Virus record (IMG/VR): IMGVR_UViG_3300036391_000027
Span: 1-26,548 of that record
From: a virus
Taxonomy: Duplodnaviria > Caudoviricetes
DNA: 26,548 nucleotides
Reading direction: 5' to 3' (one strand)
Shown here: positions 24,548 to 26,548 of the stretch, in pieces
Numbering within the stretch: the stretch's first letter is position 1
Layout: every line of letters starts with the position of its first letter
The notes under the pieces: model-generated
What the model was told of the DNA's origin: nothing
Database searches by the model: none
What the model saw: only the letters and a program-made list of their open reading frames with translations
Position numbers and translations under genes: made by a program

Positions 24548-24825
24548 GGCAGCGCGCGGTTCGTGACTGGCCGGGACTGATGAAGTCCACGACGGCGCGC
24601 GCCTATCTGGACGAAATGCCCGAGCCTGTCTTCAAGGCCTTCGTGACACCTCACCTCGAGCGCAAGGTGGCGGGAAATACCCTCTACTTTACACGCGCCT
24701 CGATCGATGCATGGATTCTGGCTGGCGGGACGCCCGGAGAGGCCCAGACGCCAGAGGACCTGATGCGCATGCTCGACGACGACGACACCGACAGGGATGC
24801 GCGCCGCCACACAGGCCGCGCATGA
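24544..24825 (+). CDS. Excisionase-like / recombination directionality factor
   Basis: ATG at 24544 (ATGA overlap). WPGLM...ARAYL...LYFTRASIDAWI is an Xis/AlpA-type wHTH pattern. Near int. Confidence 0.65.
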   Translation: MRQRAVRDWPGLMKSTTARAYLDEMPEPVFKAFVTPHLERKVAGNTLYFTRASIDAWILAGGTPGEAQTPEDLMRMLDDDDTDRDARRHTGRA

Positions 24826-25082
24826 GCGACGAATCCTACGACTTCGCTGCGCAGATCGCGCAGCTCGCACGGCGCCGTCAGGCACTGGGCCTCACCCAGG
24901 AGGCCATGGCGTCCGGCCTCGTCTGGGCGCTACGCGACGTGCGCGACGTGGAAAACGGCGTCGCCAGCGACGCCTTCCTGCAGATGTACCACGACTGGCT
25001 CGACCGGCTGGAGCGCATGCCGGCCGACAGGCAGGCAGCCAACGTCCGGGAGGCCGGCCACGGCCGGAAGTTCACGCCATGA
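24822..25082 (+). CDS. XRE-family HTH protein
   Basis: LARRRQALGLTQEAMASGL...VRDVENG, with ATGA overlaps to both the xis-like gene and int. Confidence 0.75.
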   Translation: MSDESYDFAAQIAQLARRRQALGLTQEAMASGLVWALRDVRDVENGVASDAFLQMYHDWLDRLERMPADRQAANVREAGHGRKFTP

Positions 25083-26242
25083 CGACGATCCGCCTCAAGG
25101 GCGTGAAGTCGTTCGTGAAGGGCGGGATCACCTACTACTATCTGCGCAAGACGGGCGTACGCATCGCCGATCCGCTCACGCACAAGCCGATCGATCCGGC
25201 GACCCATCTCGCGGACTTCACCCGACGGCTCGAGGACATGCGGGCCGAGCTGGTGGCGCTGCCGGCCGCACTGCCGGCGAAGGCGGCCACCCTCGAGGAT
25301 CTCGTTCATCACTGGCGCGGCCGGCCGGGAAAGAACGGACAGCCAGGCCGCGAGCCATCGCCCGACTGGCTGCGGCTCTCGCCGGCCACGCGCACCTCCT
25401 ACGATCGCGTCATCGATCCGGAGGAAGGCCACATCCGCAAGGCGCTGAAACGGCCGCTGAACACGGTGCCGCTGCATCTCATCACGACGCCGTGGTGCGT
25501 GAGGCTGCGCGACAAGGTCGCGAAGCGGGCCGGCTTCTGGTTCGGGAACTACACGATCAAGGTGCTGCGGCCGGCGTTCAAGTGGGGCAACCTCTACGGC
25601 CACATGGTGGGCAACCCGGCGAAGGACATTCCGGAGCTGGAGCGGCCCGAGGACATGCCCGACCAGCATCGCGGGTGGGCGGCGCTCGAATACGAGGCGA
25701 TGTATGCCGGCGCGATCGAGCGGGGATGGGAGGGCATCGCCCTGGCGCTCGGCCTGTCGCGCTGGGCGGGCTGGGCGACCGGCGATATCTGCCACCAGCC
25801 GCCCGAGGCCTGGCAGGATCCGCGCATCGCGTTCATTCGTCGCAAGGGACGGAAGAAGAAGCGGGTCACCGACATGCTGGCGGCCGCGCCGCTGGCAACC
25901 ATCCTGCGCGATATCGACCCCGACATGGACGCCCGGACGCTGGTCACCAACGAACAGGGCGAGCCCTACACCGAGGACGGACTGCGGTCGATGATCTGGA
26001 AACTCTGCAAGGATCTGGTCGACGAAGGGAAGGTCAAACCCGGCCTGACCATCCACGGCCTGCGCCACTCGCTTGGAAAGCAGCTCTACGACCTCGGGAT
26101 CGAGCGCGAGGGGCGCAAGGCCGTCATGAGCCACAAGAGCGACGCCGCGAGCATCGTCTATGAGCGCGACGGCAACCGGTCGGCCAAGGCCGATGCGGCG
26201 ATCGTGGTGCTGAACCGGTCGCTCAGGAAGCGGAAGAAATAG
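25079..26242 (+). CDS. int: Tyrosine recombinase / phage integrase
   Basis: ATG at 25079. Arm-type N-terminus (KGGITYYYLR), LSPATRTSY, NPAKDI, HGLRHS, MSHKS and catalytic Tyr in IVYER. The box-I Arg position reads Ala. Confidence 0.9.
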   Translation: MTTIRLKGVKSFVKGGITYYYLRKTGVRIADPLTHKPIDPATHLADFTRRLEDMRAELVALPAALPAKAATLEDLVHHWRGRPGKNGQPGREPSPDWLRLSPATRTSYDRVIDPEEGHIRKALKRPLNTVPLHLITTPWCVRLRDKVAKRAGFWFGNYTIKVLRPAFKWGNLYGHMVGNPAKDIPELERPEDMPDQHRGWAALEYEAMYAGAIERGWEGIALALGLSRWAGWATGDICHQPPEAWQDPRIAFIRRKGRKKKRVTDMLAAAPLATILRDIDPDMDARTLVTNEQGEPYTEDGLRSMIWKLCKDLVDEGKVKPGLTIHGLRHSLGKQLYDLGIEREGRKAVMSHKSDAASIVYERDGNRSAKADAAIVVLNRSLRKRKK

Positions 26243-26260
26243 GCAAGAGGGGTATCAGCC

Positions 26261-26548
26261 ATGAATTCATTAACACCGACTCTCGACGAGTTCCGTATGC
26301 TCGCCGCCGGCTTCAGGAACGCATCCCTGTCTGCCAACGTCTTTTTCTATGCGGTCATGAAACCCGACAGGCTGCGCGCGATCGCGCGTGAGCTGGGTAT
26401 GGGCGTCACGCCGGATCGTCGGACAGTCGAAGCCTTCACGGCGGCAGCCGAAATCGAAGGCCCCACAGGCATCATTTTGGAAGGAGTGCCAATCGTCTGC
26501 TCCAGCCAGGCGGTGGGCATTTCGATGCGGCCAGGCTCACCCCGATAG
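26261..26548 (+). CDS. Hypothetical protein (phage or host flank unresolved)
   Basis: 95 aa with an AGAGGGG RBS, 18 nt after int. Confidence 0.5.
   Translation: MNSLTPTLDEFRMLAAGFRNASLSANVFFYAVMKPDRLRAIARELGMGVTPDRRTVEAFTAAAEIEGPTGIILEGVPIVCSSQAVGISMRPGSPR

Larger units (their letters stand above)
1..26242. mobile_element. Lambdoid prophage/temperate phage segment (integrase through head genes; continues past the left edge)
   Basis: Lambda-like gene order: int-xis ... cI/cro-cII ... primase/helicase ... Q-position gene, cos, terS-terL-gpW-portal-S49 protease. No att site could be identified. Confidence 0.95.

Noticed and set aside
26243-26548. Attachment site or tRNA target after int
   Set aside because: No tRNA-like sequence is visible, and the second att copy would lie outside the window, so no att can be supported.

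Overview
This GC-rich window is the early-to-head half of a lambdoid (pro)phage, most likely from an alphaproteobacterial host (inferred from the gene families). On the minus strand, reading right to left from the immunity region, are cro, cII-like, an HDHPW cupin, an HD phosphohydrolase, a tandem-wHTH protein, a zf-CHC2/Toprim primase, a C5 DNA methyltransferase, a P-loop helicase, an iteron array (probable ori), a Q-position DUF6362-like regulator, a gpZ-like gene, a predicted cos site, terS, terL, gpW, portal and the start of an S49 head protease. On the plus strand are cI (HTH + S24), a secreted protein in the rex position, and a translationally coupled PL-type operon. That operon holds three tiny membrane proteins, an XRE-ParB fusion, a phage beta sliding clamp, two MazG-like proteins, xis-like and XRE genes, and a tyrosine integrase. 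A 14-bp palindromic operator (CGTTAAWWTTAACG) marks both OR and OL. Notable oddities are a signal-peptide thermonuclease inserted antisense in the replication operon and bridged by a coupled antisense ORF, a clamp with an altered partner-binding C-terminus, an integrase lacking the first catalytic Arg, and a MazG-like gene whose apparent start codon is ATA. All family calls come from motif recognition by eye; no searches were run.
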